This document shows, in pieces, positions 12,627 through 24,730 of a DNA stretch of 64,000 bases (position 1 is the first letter of the stretch; every line of letters begins with the position of its first letter). Position numbers and translations under genes: made by a program. The stretch spans positions 209,870,001-209,934,000 of the forward strand of contig OZ024740.1 in the NCBI GenBank assembly GCA_964016885.1, written 5' to 3'. The DNA comes from Eledone cirrhosa (taxonomy: Eukaryota). Below the pieces are notes generated by a model, which did no database searches, had not been told where the DNA came from, and saw nothing but the letters and a program-made list of their open reading frames with translations.

Positions 12627-13140
12627 TCTTATTTGCTAAACCTTGATTATATATGTTCCGGCTCGTTAATTTATTAACCTGCCATTGAACCACATTGGCA
12701 TATGGTTGGACAATACAAGTGTCCCTAGACGCTTTTTGCGTATAGGGATATATACTTTATTATTATTCTCCTCTTCGTCGAGAAAAAAAAAAAAATTGGT
12801 CGTTCTGACTGCTGCTAATTATAGTGGTAGTAGACTGACCTCCCTGCCTTTGCTTCTATCTTTACATACGGCACTGGACGGAATTGATTCCACATCATTT
12901 ATTCTCATCTCGGGAACAATTTTGAATAGCGCCAGTTCGTAATTTGAACTCGGGAATTTTATATTCTCCGAGTGAAAAGATCCTTCTGACGAGAGTTTAT
13001 CTTTGCAATGGCTGGTCGTAAGGACTGTCCATTTATTTTTGAGACTCGAAACCGATTCGGTAAAGGTAACCATAGTGAGTACAGTTAATCTTTTAAAATT
13101 TATTTTGAAACTTTTTCTTATTTGCTAAACCTTGATTATA
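12627..13140 (+). mobile_element. ORF-less hammerhead-containing unit with 25-bp terminal direct repeats (solo pseudo-LTR or retrozyme-like)
   Basis: tcttatttgctaaaccttgattata at 12627-12651 and 13116-13140; flanked by (TA)n; hammerhead at 12982-13066. Confidence 0.7.
12982..13066 (+). ncRNA. Type I hammerhead ribozyme
   Basis: cctt-CTGACGA-gagttt...agactc-GAAA-ccga(t)tcgg-T-A-aagg; intact core, GUA triplet. Confidence 0.8.
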
Positions 13141-13168
13141 CATATATATATGTATATTTATATATATG

Positions 13169-13230
<62 letters not shown>

Positions 13231-13235
<5 letters not shown>

Positions 13236-14950
13236 ATGCTTTGGGAGGGTCATGTTACCAATAAGAAACACACGCACCAGTTGATTTCACTCCAATTTAT
13301 TATAAATTAAATTTATAAATTTAAGAATTTATAAATTTCCGGTTGGTTGGTTGGTTGGTTCCACAACCGGACGGTTGTTCATATATTGTCAAAGTTCTTT
13401 CGTCACACATTCTGTGACCTCTTCAGTGACTGGGGATTCATTTCTTTGTTTTGTGCCTCTCCTTTGTTCTGTCCTACGCCATCTTGTTTTTGTGTGTGTT
13501 GTATGCTTAGTTTGCGCATGTGTTACATCCAGGTGTCTGTGTGTGTTTTTATTTGTTTATTTACATATTAGTGGTTGGTTGTTTGTTCTATGTGTGTGTG
13601 TGTTTTCATTTTGTCCTTAATTGTAAGTTGTGATGTTGCTATTCCATTCATGTTTTCTATTTAATTTTGGTTGGAGTTCATTTATGTTTATTACCTCTGT
13701 GATTTGTCTAAACATTGCGTCTTTTCTGTGTGTAGATTCTATTTTTATTTCTATGTTCTCTAATTTGCCCTTATGTTCTATTTTAGCATGTTGGTGGAGT
13801 ACAGATGATTCTTTTCTATCTTGAAGCTCTCGCCATGTTCATTTAACCGTTCTCCTATACTACGAGCTGTCTCACCTATGTACACTATATTCTTATCTTT
13901 ACATTGCCCTTCAGTACATCTTATGCTATATACTACATTTCTAGTTTTACAGTTAATAGGGGGGCGTAGTTTACAGATTATGTATTTCTTATCTATACAG
14001 GGAGGTCTTTGAAAAGGGTATGTATTGCTCATAAGTGTTTTATGGAGGTACCTGGTCTTTCTACTATCTTAATATTAAGTTTATGTTTATATAGGGCCCT
14101 GCTAAATTTGTAAGCTAATTCACCTCTAGGGGTTGTATTGATGAACATTACACTCTGGTATTTATTGCTATCATACCATGAGTTTATTCTATTAACCTTA
14201 TTCCTAGTTCTTTCTATTCTATTCCAAAAGTTGCTCCTATACAAGAGGCAGGTCCCATTTGTATGATTATTTACCATTTTTTCCCATTTGGTTCTGGCTC
14301 CTCTATATACTCTGATTGTAACCAGAGTACTGCATACGGTGGATGAAGTGTTGTATGTGTCTCTCTAATTCTTTGGGGGTTGCACATGCGGGACACGTTT
14401 CTCATCACCCGTACCAAATTCGCAATCAGTATGTTGATTTTGGTGTGATCCGAAACAGCTGAGTTTCGGTGGATCAGATATTTGGAAGTCATGGGTTTGG
14501 CATAATGGGAATGAAGGATTCGTTTTTTGTTATTAATGGTTTCTAACCAGAGCTCTGTGTCTAGTACAGGTAATCGATGGTTGGGGTGTTTGCTTGGGTA
14601 GTCTATAGTAACTCTAATACTCTGGTGGATGGATTCCATGGTGTTTGTCTCTAATTCCTGACTGTTCTCTAGTGGGGGTCTTTTTACTACGATGTTTATA
14701 TCATCAACGTAGCGGGAGTACATTATCAGGGTTAAGAGGTTGCTGTCTTCTAATTGTTCTTTAAGTTTAAGTCTAAGTTTATTGTCCCACCATACCATGA
14801 ATAGGTTAGCTATGTCACCTGCAATGCTAACACCAATGGCTGCTCCCTCCTCTTGGGCATATGTTTTTCCATTAAATTTGAACATATGTTCCTTAATTTT
14901 ATACTGGTCCCCACCGCATGTGCAATGATTTTCTTTAGTCCATCATGGTT
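13231..14950 (-). mobile_element. Penelope-like retroelement (RT + GIY-YIG), 5'-truncated and frameshifted, with 3' pseudo-LTR
   Basis: FKFNGKTYAQEEGAAIG, YSRYVDD, LPVLD; NVVYSIRC...YIGETARSIGERLNEH; pLTR with hammerhead core near 13387-13430. Confidence 0.92.
13387..13430 (-). ncRNA. Minimal hammerhead ribozyme in Penelope pLTR
   Basis: Minus strand: gtca-CTGAAGA-g-gtcaca(gaatg)tgtgac-GAAA-gaact-t-tgac. Confidence 0.6.
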
Positions 14951-14952
14951 TT

Positions 14953-15280
14953 CGGGAGTCCATATGTTACCGAATATAAACACACACAGACACCTGGATG
15001 TAACACATGCGCAAACTAAGCACACAACACACACACGTAAACAAGATGGCGTAAGACAGAACAAAGGAGAGGCACAAAAAACAAAGAAAAGAATCCCCAG
15101 TCACTGAAGAGGTCACAGAATGTGTGACGCAAGAACTTTGACAATATATAAACAACCATCTGGTTGTGGAACCAACCATCCAACCGGAAATTTATAAATT
15201 CCAATATTTATAAATTTATTATAATAAAGTAAAGTGAAAGCAACTGGTCTTATTGGCATATTCATGTTTGTATTATAAAT
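14953..15280 (+). repeat. Inverted pseudo-LTR copy of the Penelope element
   Basis: Reverse complement of ~13255-13560; its hammerhead has GCAA in place of GAAA. Confidence 0.85.
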
Positions 15281-15281
15281 G

Positions 15282-15313
15282 ACATATATATATATATATA
15301 CATATATATATAC

Positions 15314-15349
<36 letters not shown>

Positions 15350-15351
15350 AC

Positions 15352-15428
<77 letters not shown>

Positions 15429-15915
15429 CATATATATACATATATATATATACATACATATATATACATATATATATATACATATATATATACATATATA
15501 TATATACATATATATATATACATATATATATATACATATATATATATACATATATATACATATATATATACATATATATATACATATATATATATACATA
15601 TATATATATACATATATATATATACATATATATACATACATATACACACATATATATATACACATATATATATATACACACATATATATATATACACATA
15701 TATATATACACATATATATATACACACATATATATATACACACATATATATATACATATATATATATACATATATATATATATACATATATATATATACA
15801 TATATATATATACATATATATATACACATATATATATAGACATATATATATAGACATATATATACACATATATATATATACACATATATATATACACACA
15901 TATATATATACACAT

Positions 15916-15949
<34 letters not shown>

Positions 15950-16665
15950 ATATACATATATATACATATATATATATACATATATACATATATATATATA
16001 CATATATACATATATATATGTATATATATATATACATATATATATACACATATATATATACACATATATATATATACACATATATATATATATACACATA
16101 TATATACATATACATATATATATATACATATATATACATATATATATATACATATATATATATACATATATATATATACATATATATATATATACACATA
16201 TATATACATATACATATATATATATACATATATATACATATATATATACATATATATATATACATATATATATATACATATATATATACATATATATATA
16301 CACATATATATATAGACATATATATATATAAACATATATATACACATATATATATACACATATATATATATATACACATATATATATACACACATATATA
16401 TATACACATATATATATACACATATATATATACATATATATATATACACATATATATATACATATATATATACACATATATATATACACATATATATATA
16501 CACATATATATATACACATATATATATACACATATATATATATACATATATATATACACATATATATATATACACATATATATATACACATATATATATA
16601 TACACATATATATATACATATATATATACACATATATATATACACATATATATACATATATATAC

Positions 16666-16698
<33 letters not shown>

Positions 16699-16778
16699 CA
16701 TATATATATACATATATATATACATATATATATATATACATATATATAGATACATATATATAGATACATATATATAGA
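15282..16778. repeat. Long compound (TA)n/(CATA) microsatellite, continuing at 18033-18467
   Basis: Seen directly in the sequence. Confidence 0.97.
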
Positions 16779-18031
16779 TTTCTTTATTTACCATAAAGGC
16801 ATAAAAAGAAGGGACAAATACAAAGGGGGAGTTTACATATAATCGAGTAAAAAGGGTGTAACATGAAAATAATCGAAAATAACCTCAAAAGGGAGGGGAC
16901 GTGATGGGGGTTGCACACACCCCCGAAAAAGTGTGCAATCCTTTGCCCGGGGAGCACATGGAGAAGGTGCTCCCCTCTCCTTTACTTCTTTACCTACAGG
17001 ATGGTATACAGAGAAGGCCCATTTACACGAGCCATTCTCGCCACTATCACCCACCTTTCATAAAACTGCCTGTGGCCAAGCACCTCTCTCTCCATTCTTA
17101 TCCTTCTTCCGAAGTGATATCGGAAGAAGTAGACCAGACTATGGCCAGAGAGGAAGTTGCCTGACCTCAGACCTTTCAATCGTGTCCACCAAACAACCTC
17201 TTTCAACATGGCTATTACGCACAGAAAAACCGCCTTTGCTTCCTTTGTGAAGAGGGGAGGCGGTTTGATTGTCATCACGGACTCGGCGGTCAATTTAATC
17301 GGCGCCACCCGCGACAGCAGTTGTTCGGCGTAGCCCCACAGATCAGCCACGCCCGGACATTGCACCAATGCGTGCGCTACGGTTTCTTCGTGACGCACGC
17401 ATCTAGGGCAAATCTTTTTTGAGGGATCCCTGCCCGGGCGCCCGTGTCTGTAGAGCCTCTCTCGAACGGGTAGAGCCCCTCGGTAGCACTGCCAGGCCAG
17501 TGACTTCTGGAAGTTGTCCATTGGTCCTGGGCCGAAAGTCCTACCGAACAGGCTGGCCAGTTCGTCTTCTTCCATGTCCAGCGACTCTCCAAGGGTGTCA
17601 TCGCCCCTGCTAGCCACCAGCCCTCTATAGAATGATGAGGTGGATTCTCCACCGATGGCCCGGCCCGCTTGCCAGAGAGCCCTGAGCGCCTGAGCACACT
17701 CAGTGTGCCAGTCTCCCAGTTTTCCGGATCTTTGCTTGACCCAGGACTGTAGCTCGGTGAGTGAGACGAGTCTCGGAAAGGCTCGTTTCACGAACGGAGC
17801 CCACACCGGTTGACCAGTGAGGAATACCTGTAGGTGCCGTAGCCTTAATGCGTGCCTACGCATCATCAACCACGGCATCCCCAGCCCTCCTTTCGAAGGT
17901 TGTTGGCAGCAGATGGATCTTCTCACCATAGGAGGACGCTTCTTCCAAAGAAATTGGAAGAGCATGCGTTCCATGGTGGTGAGTGTTTCCTTAGTGCAAG
18001 GCACGACAGTCAGGCGGTAGTAAGTGACGGA
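16779..18031 (-). mobile_element. 5'-truncated L1/Tx1-clade LINE (ORF2 C-terminus with CCHC zinc finger, plus 3'UTR)
   Basis: FQFLWKKR...[32 protein letters not shown]; no stops from 18031 to 16994; AATAAA near the 3' end. Confidence 0.9.
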
Positions 18032-18077
18032 AGATACATATATATATAGATACATATATATAGATACATATATATAG

Positions 18078-18214
<137 letters not shown>

Positions 18215-18223
18215 CATATATAC

Positions 18224-18254
<31 letters not shown>

Positions 18255-18295
18255 CATGTATATATATATATATATACATGTATATATATATATAC

Positions 18296-18388
<93 letters not shown>

Positions 18389-18389
18389 C

Positions 18390-18424
<35 letters not shown>

Positions 18425-18434
18425 CATATACATG

Positions 18435-18466
<32 letters not shown>

Positions 18467-18468
18467 CA

Positions 18469-19027
18469 AGCTGATTCCATTGTAAAAGAATTCATTACCT
18501 TATTAATTTTAACTGCTCCTAGTTTGAGCTGCAAACCGTCCCATATATACGACTGTTATTTCTAGCAGTACGGTTATGAGACTAGTTAGATACTGTAAAG
18601 CCATGTGCGCCACGCAGTCTTTTAAATTATTTAGAAGTGAAGCATATCAATTTGTCTCTGGATGTTTACTGAGGAGAGCGGGACATGATATTCCTACACT
18701 TTTTTAACTCGAAACATATTTGGATCTTAAAGTCTAAACTTATCTACGGAACAGGTTTGATTTTGAAATTTAAATGTGTCTAAACATCACCGCCTTTTGG
18801 CAATACAGTTCGTCTCCGTTGATTTATTATTTTAAATCGATATGGACAAACTGTAGTATAATAATTAGTATACTTCAATCTGGCTAAATTTTTCTTTTGC
18901 AATATATATACAGATGTGTTGGTATCTGTGTTTCATCACTTACATATTAATTTATACACTGCTCAGGGGATATTTTTTCCTCATTCGAGCTGATTCCATT
19001 GTAAAAGAATTCATTACCTTATTAATT

Positions 19028-19028
<1 letters not shown>
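18469..19028 (+). mobile_element. ORF-less hammerhead-containing unit with 41-bp terminal direct repeats (solo pseudo-LTR or retrozyme-like)
   Basis: agctgattccattgtaaaagaattcattaccttattaattt at 18469-18509 and 18988-19028; (TA)n on both sides. Confidence 0.7.
18664..18739 (+). ncRNA. Type I hammerhead ribozyme
   Basis: gttta-CTGAGGA-gag...ctc-GAAAC...GTC-taaac; GUC triplet; stem III weak. Confidence 0.65.
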
Positions 19029-19123
<95 letters not shown>

Positions 19124-19288
19124 CATATATATACATATATATATATATATATACATATATACATATATATATACATATATACATATATATATATATACAT
19201 ATATACATATATATACATATATATATATATACATATATACATATATATACATATATATATATACATATATATATATACATATATATAT

Positions 19289-19616
19289 GCGGTGGATTGG
19301 CAGTATCGGTAGAGGGTCGGACGCCATGTTTTCCAGCATAGTTACGTCCCTTTGCGATCTGAGTTTAAATCCCGCCGAGGTTGACTTTGTCTTTCATCCA
19401 TACGGGGTGGATAAAATAAAGTACCAGTAATGCACTGAGTAATTGCTGGCCTTGTGCCTAAAGTAGAAACAATTATATATATATATATATATATATATCA
19501 TTATACCAAATCCCGCCGAGGTTAACTTTGCCTTTCATCCTTACGGGGTCGATAAAATGAAGTACCAGTAATGTACTGGGTAATTGCTGGCCTTGTGCCT
19601 AAAGTAGAAACAATTA
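19289..19616 (+). mobile_element. SINE family 1: full copy plus a 5'-truncated tandem copy
   Basis: Consensus match at 19289-19475 and 19507-19616. Confidence 0.85.
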
Positions 19617-20129
19617 TATATATATCATATTAATATACACTCACACACACACACACACATTAAAATTTCGTTCATGTATGCATGGTTTATTTATCAGAAT
19701 AACTGTTTTTACAGCTGTCTAACTAGTCAACTATAAAATACGATTTGCTGAATCCAGTTTGTTCAGTGTCAGGCAAAGTGGAGCAAGTAGAGTTTAGTAC
19801 CTTTGTTTAGGAGGAACACAACATAACAATGACATTATATTTAAACAACCACAAAGAAACAACACACATGTAGGAACAATATATTAGAACCATCAAGGAT
19901 TGTGCTGAACTTAATGATGGTATTTTTAGAAGTCCTACACCTTAGCTGCACAGTAAATATGTATGTGATATCTATATAAGTATGTTGGATAATTTCTGTA
20001 TCTATCCTTTGTGATCCTGTCTCTATTTTTGTTTTGCCCAACACGTCAAACTTTCTTTCCCCTTTTCCATATAAGGCATGAAACTAATAAGACTTTTCGT
20101 ACCTCTGTTTGTTGTTAACTTGAACTATA

Positions 20130-20166
<37 letters not shown>

Positions 20167-21370
20167 GTTTATCCTTCTATATATATATATACATGTTTAT
20201 CCTTCTCTAGTTATTTTTTCTTTGTTTTTAATTAATGACTGAGCAGAGACAATGGTAATAAGTTATGCATGGCCATTGCCAGGCTTTGGGGTTTGGGATG
20301 GTCACTCTAATTTATAGTAATTTTAGTAATTCTAAGGTAAAGTTTCAAAATAAGTATCTCATCGTAAATCTGAGAAGAAGAAGAAGAAGAAGAAGAAGAA
20401 GAAGAAAAAAAAACTGTGTGTGTGTGTGCACAGCATATTTTGTGGTTGTATGTCAAATGGAAGTGGTGATACCGCAAAAAAAACAAACCCAGTACATGCT
20501 GTGAGGTGGTTAGTGTTAGGAAGAGTATTCAGCCATAGAAACTATGACACAATAGAACATATGAGTAAGACAGTTGTCTGCCCTGATTGACTAGCTTCAG
20601 AACATGACATGTCTAGCCCATGCAAGTGTGAAAAATAGATGTAAAAGACCGATGATGATGCATACACTCATTTTGTAAATTGCTGTGAAACTTTCCCAGG
20701 CCTTTACAACTTCATTCTATGCAAACATTTCTCTAAAAAAAAAAAAAATTGATAGATTTGTAAATGTTATGGTGACCTATAAATAGGTCAAACTTTGAGG
20801 TTATGGCTGGATGTTTCAATAAATTTGCTGTGGAAAAAGAAGATGATATGGCTTCACCCTTCTATTTTCTCTGGCCAAAAACTGGCCCTGGTTCTTTGAA
20901 ACAAAATCACCCATTTTATAGAGACTTTAAATGACATTTCCAACAAAGGGTAACAGTTATTGCAGTATTTAGATGAGTCGTTGAAATAGCTTCCCATTTC
21001 AACATCAATCAAATTGTTGTACTGTTTTAACCATAACCATAATTAATAGTATTTATAGTAGCAATTATCTTGAAAACCAATGACCTTACAGTCTTGAACT
21101 TGAAATCACAGTGTCTTGAAATAAATATAAACTGAGGTCATGAAATAAAATTTAAAAAAATTGCTCAATTGACTTGTTGACATTTCAAAGTTGTAAATAC
21201 ATAGACTTTTATTGTGTAATACTTTAGCAACTTCCATTGATGTGCTAATATTTAGTATTGGTTTGGCTTAAAACAAATAACTATATCTATATTGAACATT
21301 CAATATTGGTTTGGTTTAAAACGACTAACTATATCTATATTGAACATTCAATATTGCTTTGGTTTGCCCT

Positions 21371-21598
21371 CCTTCCAAAATTACTGGCCTTGTGTCTAAA
21401 TTAGAAAACATGGTGGATTGGCAGTATCGGTAGAGGGTCAGACGCCATGCTTTGACGCATAGAGTTACGGCCCTTGCCATTCTGAGTTCAAATCCTGCCG
21501 AGGTTAACTTTGCCTTTCATCCTTATGGGGTCGTTAAAATAAAGTACCAGTAATACACTGGGTAATTGCTGGCCTTGTGCCAAAAGTAGAAACAATTA
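21371..21598 (+). mobile_element. SINE family 1 copy directly after an older SINE tail
   Basis: Consensus match at 21411-21598; tail remnant at 21371-21410. Confidence 0.85.
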
Positions 21599-21639
21599 TA
21601 TTATATAGTGAGATTTAAAAAAAAAAAAAAAAAAAAAGG

Positions 21640-21878
21640 CATCCGATGAATCAAATGTTGCTTACATGCACGAAAAAAGATAGTGCAGGTATGGACGTGT
21701 AATGTGTGTGTGTATAGATGATGACAGTTGGGTGAAAAAGTGTCAGGAGTTCTAAGTAAAAGGAAGGTGTTGAGGTGGAAGGTTAATAAAAATGTAGGTA
21801 GAGGAAGAAAGATGCTGTACTGAAGAGGACTCGTCTAACCCATGCAAGCACGGAAAAAACAGATGTAGAAATGATGTT
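21640..21878 (+). mobile_element. Old RTE 3' remnant
   Basis: Degenerate ..RYGRVM..DDDSWVKKCQE.. plus tctaacccatgcaagc tail. Confidence 0.55.
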
Positions 21879-21907
21879 GAAGTATTTTCTGCAGACTACC
21901 TAGATAT

Positions 21908-22254
21908 ACTGTGGAACCTCGGTTCATGAATTTAATTAATTCCTGAAAGCTGTTCATCAACCAAAATGTACATAAACTGAAACTATTTTTCTCCATACAA
22001 AATATTGAGAGAGAAATAGTGAGAGAGAGAGACTGTGTGTGAAAGACAGATAGATATCGCCATAGTAACTAACTACACAGCAAGTGATGTTTTCCCACCA
22101 AAACTCCTAGCTTGTCACCAACTGTTATTGCCAGCTTGCATGTTCATTACTTGAGTCACCGTTCGTCAACCGTGATCTTTCATCTTGAGAAAAATTATTT
22201 GTGAATTGATTTGTTGATGATGAGAAGCGTTCGTGAACTGAAATTCAACTGCAT
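21908..22254. mobile_element. Tigger/pogo-like MITE (degenerate)
   Basis: Imperfect TIRs tactgtggaacctcggttcatgaa / ttcgtgaactgaaattcaactgca. Confidence 0.5.
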
Positions 22255-22697
22255 ATAAATAGTTCAGAATGAACTTTTTTGTTACTATATATCATTTTGA
22301 AAATAATCATTAGTTTGGAAATAAATGGAGGCATTTAGTGATAAAATTATTAATCTGGTGTTTAGAACATTACTTAACAAAGGTTCTTTTACAAAATTAT
22401 GATAGGAAGTCTTTAGATAAATATAAACACTTTAAAATAGACAGCTGAGTATTGTAGAACCTAGAGTGGTTTCATGTAGTTTAACATCAAAAGAGTTAAT
22501 TAGAATAGAATTCTACTCATGAAAATAAAAATTTCTATGATCAGTTTTGAAAACTTCAGATTAAAGAATTCATTGACACCAAATTAACAGCTACACTTCA
22601 TTAGTAAAGTAAATCTTTTTCCATCTAGGAAATATATGAATGCTACAGAATGGATATCACAATTACTGATGTTCTTTTATGGCAACCTCACATCTAT

Positions 22698-22819
22698 AAT
22701 TGTTTCTATTTTGGCAGTAGGCCAGCAATTACCCCAGTTCATTACTGGTGCTTTATTTTATTGACCCCATAAGGATGAAAGGCAAAGCTAACCTCAGCAG
22801 GATTTGAACTCAGAAGGTA
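22698..22819 (-). mobile_element. 5'-truncated SINE family 1 copy with 17-bp TSD
   Basis: aacctcacatctataat on both sides (22684-22700 and 22820-22836). Confidence 0.8.
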
Positions 22820-23069
22820 AACCTCACATCTATAATATTGTTAAAACTACATCTTCATTTACACAGCCAGAAAATACAGAATATTTCATTTATCTCTAAC
22901 ACTTTTTAATTATATATAATTTTAATAGCTTTTGACCATCCATCGAGATAAAAATGTTAGGCATTAAAAAGTTGTCCTATATTTTCCTATATCTTCATTT
23001 ATTTTTTCTTACAGGTTCAAATCCTTAATTTAGGGAAAATGATGTTTACAATTGTAGAGTTAGAATTGT

Positions 23070-23185
23070 GCAGTTTCTCTGCTACAGCTTCCCCCACTTG
23101 GAATTCCTGGCATTTTTTCACTCAATGATCATCATCCATACACATCACATGGTCATACCTGCACAGTCTTCTCTCTTGCACCGGA
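23070..23185 (-). mobile_element. Old RTE C-terminal remnant
   Basis: Minus strand translates VQERRLCRYDHVMCMDDDH*VKKCQEFQVGG. Confidence 0.65.
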
Positions 23186-24654
23186 AATTGAGAAGAAAAA
23201 AGAATCATAAGTAGATCAGTACCCATGAACATTGCAGGGAACTGTGAGACTGGAGGTGAAAGGGAGGAAGAAACCATAACTTATGGGTTGTTGCTTAACA
23301 TTACTTTGATCCCTGTATGTTGCTCAGCCAGATGTCAGTGTCTGCAGAAAGGCTTTCTAGTAAATATGGCAGCTTTCCGAGATATGGCTCACATCCCTGT
23401 GAAATCTGGCAGCAGGACTCTACTGAAGAACCATATGTACATGTTAACAAACAGTCGCACAGTGCTAGAGAAGGCGAAGTAGTGCATCAAGATACTGAGT
23501 TATTTTCCCAAGGATCTAATTTGAATATTTGCACAAAATGGACATTGCTAAGGGCACCCAAGGAATAGGCGGTGTTAAATGGTGTAACAAATGAGTCCAT
23601 GCTGATTTCCCATGGGACATAGTTGTTGTTGTTGTTTAACCCTAAGTCATCTTTGATGTAGCAACAATACGATGAAAGAGATTCCAACTATGTCCATCCT
23701 TTGTTTTTGTTTTTCAAGAAAAGTGTCCTTCAGACTACAACAATATCCTATATGTCAAAAACTGTTAAATTTACTTCATATTTATCACTTATTTTGGTGT
23801 CAAAATTTTTGTCATACCTTTTGTGACCTGGTCATTGACAGAGTTGCGGTAGAATTGAGTCAGTGACCAGGTCACTAAGAGTACAATAACAAATTTGGAC
23901 ACCATGGAATAAATGATAAACAAAGTGAATTTAACAGTTGTTTTTTTCAAATGTCTAAAATAACTTTTACACAATATAATTGTTTCAGTTTTAACAGTCT
24001 CAAATCAAGTCACTTTGCCAAACAATACAACTCTAAAGAATCAAATATGTCTTTTTAAAGATAGTATGGTACTATGTGAGGGAGATTTGGTACTATGTGA
24101 GGGAGATTTGGTTGCTATTTCTACTAGGCCAAACGACCAAACAGTAGCTCTCTTGTTGGTTCATCATGGCACCTTTCTCACACATAGTGCAACTATGAAC
24201 TGTAGACAAGAGATAACTTAAAAGAATGAATAGAATTAAAAGTTCTGTAGCCACTCAGATGTAATTAGTGCTGGAGTTAGATCTTTGATAATGTAGTTCA
24301 GTTGTAAACAAAGAATAAAAAGTTCTGTGTTTTAATCTGTTTTAAACAAAGTGTTTCTAACAAAGGGTCTCTCTTTGTGTATAAATGGTAAATTATAAAA
24401 AGGTGTGTGTATGGGGCTGTACAACAGTAGAAATAGGTAGAAGTAACAATATATTACATGTCTGATTGTCATAGACACAATCACTAACACCCTATAACTA
24501 TTAATTTACAAATACACTATTCCTTCTCTCTGTAACCCCCCCCCCTCTCTCAGTTTAGTTACTTAACTGATTGCTTCTTTTTTTATGCAGGTTGCCATCA
24601 AGACGCCAGGTGTTCTTGGTCCCTGAACTGCTGTTTTCCACAAAATTGAGAGGA

Positions 24655-24730
24655 GTGCATTCCACCTGAGGAAGGAGTCCCATGAGATGGAGTGGCTGAT
24701 GCAGTGGGTGTCACTGGCTGTTCTCTTCAC
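24655..24730 (+). mobile_element. CRE-like (RLE) retrotransposon C-terminal remnant
   Basis: LRKESHEMEWLMQWVSLAV; homologous to 61735-61795. Confidence 0.5.

Noticed and set aside
15113-16794. ORFs of 500+ aa made of Y/I/M/C/V, and similar ORFs at 7000, 18010, 19014 and 36467
   Set aside because: Translations of (TA)/(CA) microsatellites that lack stop codons; not genes
23014-23568. Protein-coding exon after the acceptor at 23014, including ORFs 23225 and 23317
   Set aside because: Stops shortly after the acceptor, overlap with an antisense RTE remnant, no recognisable domain or clear donor
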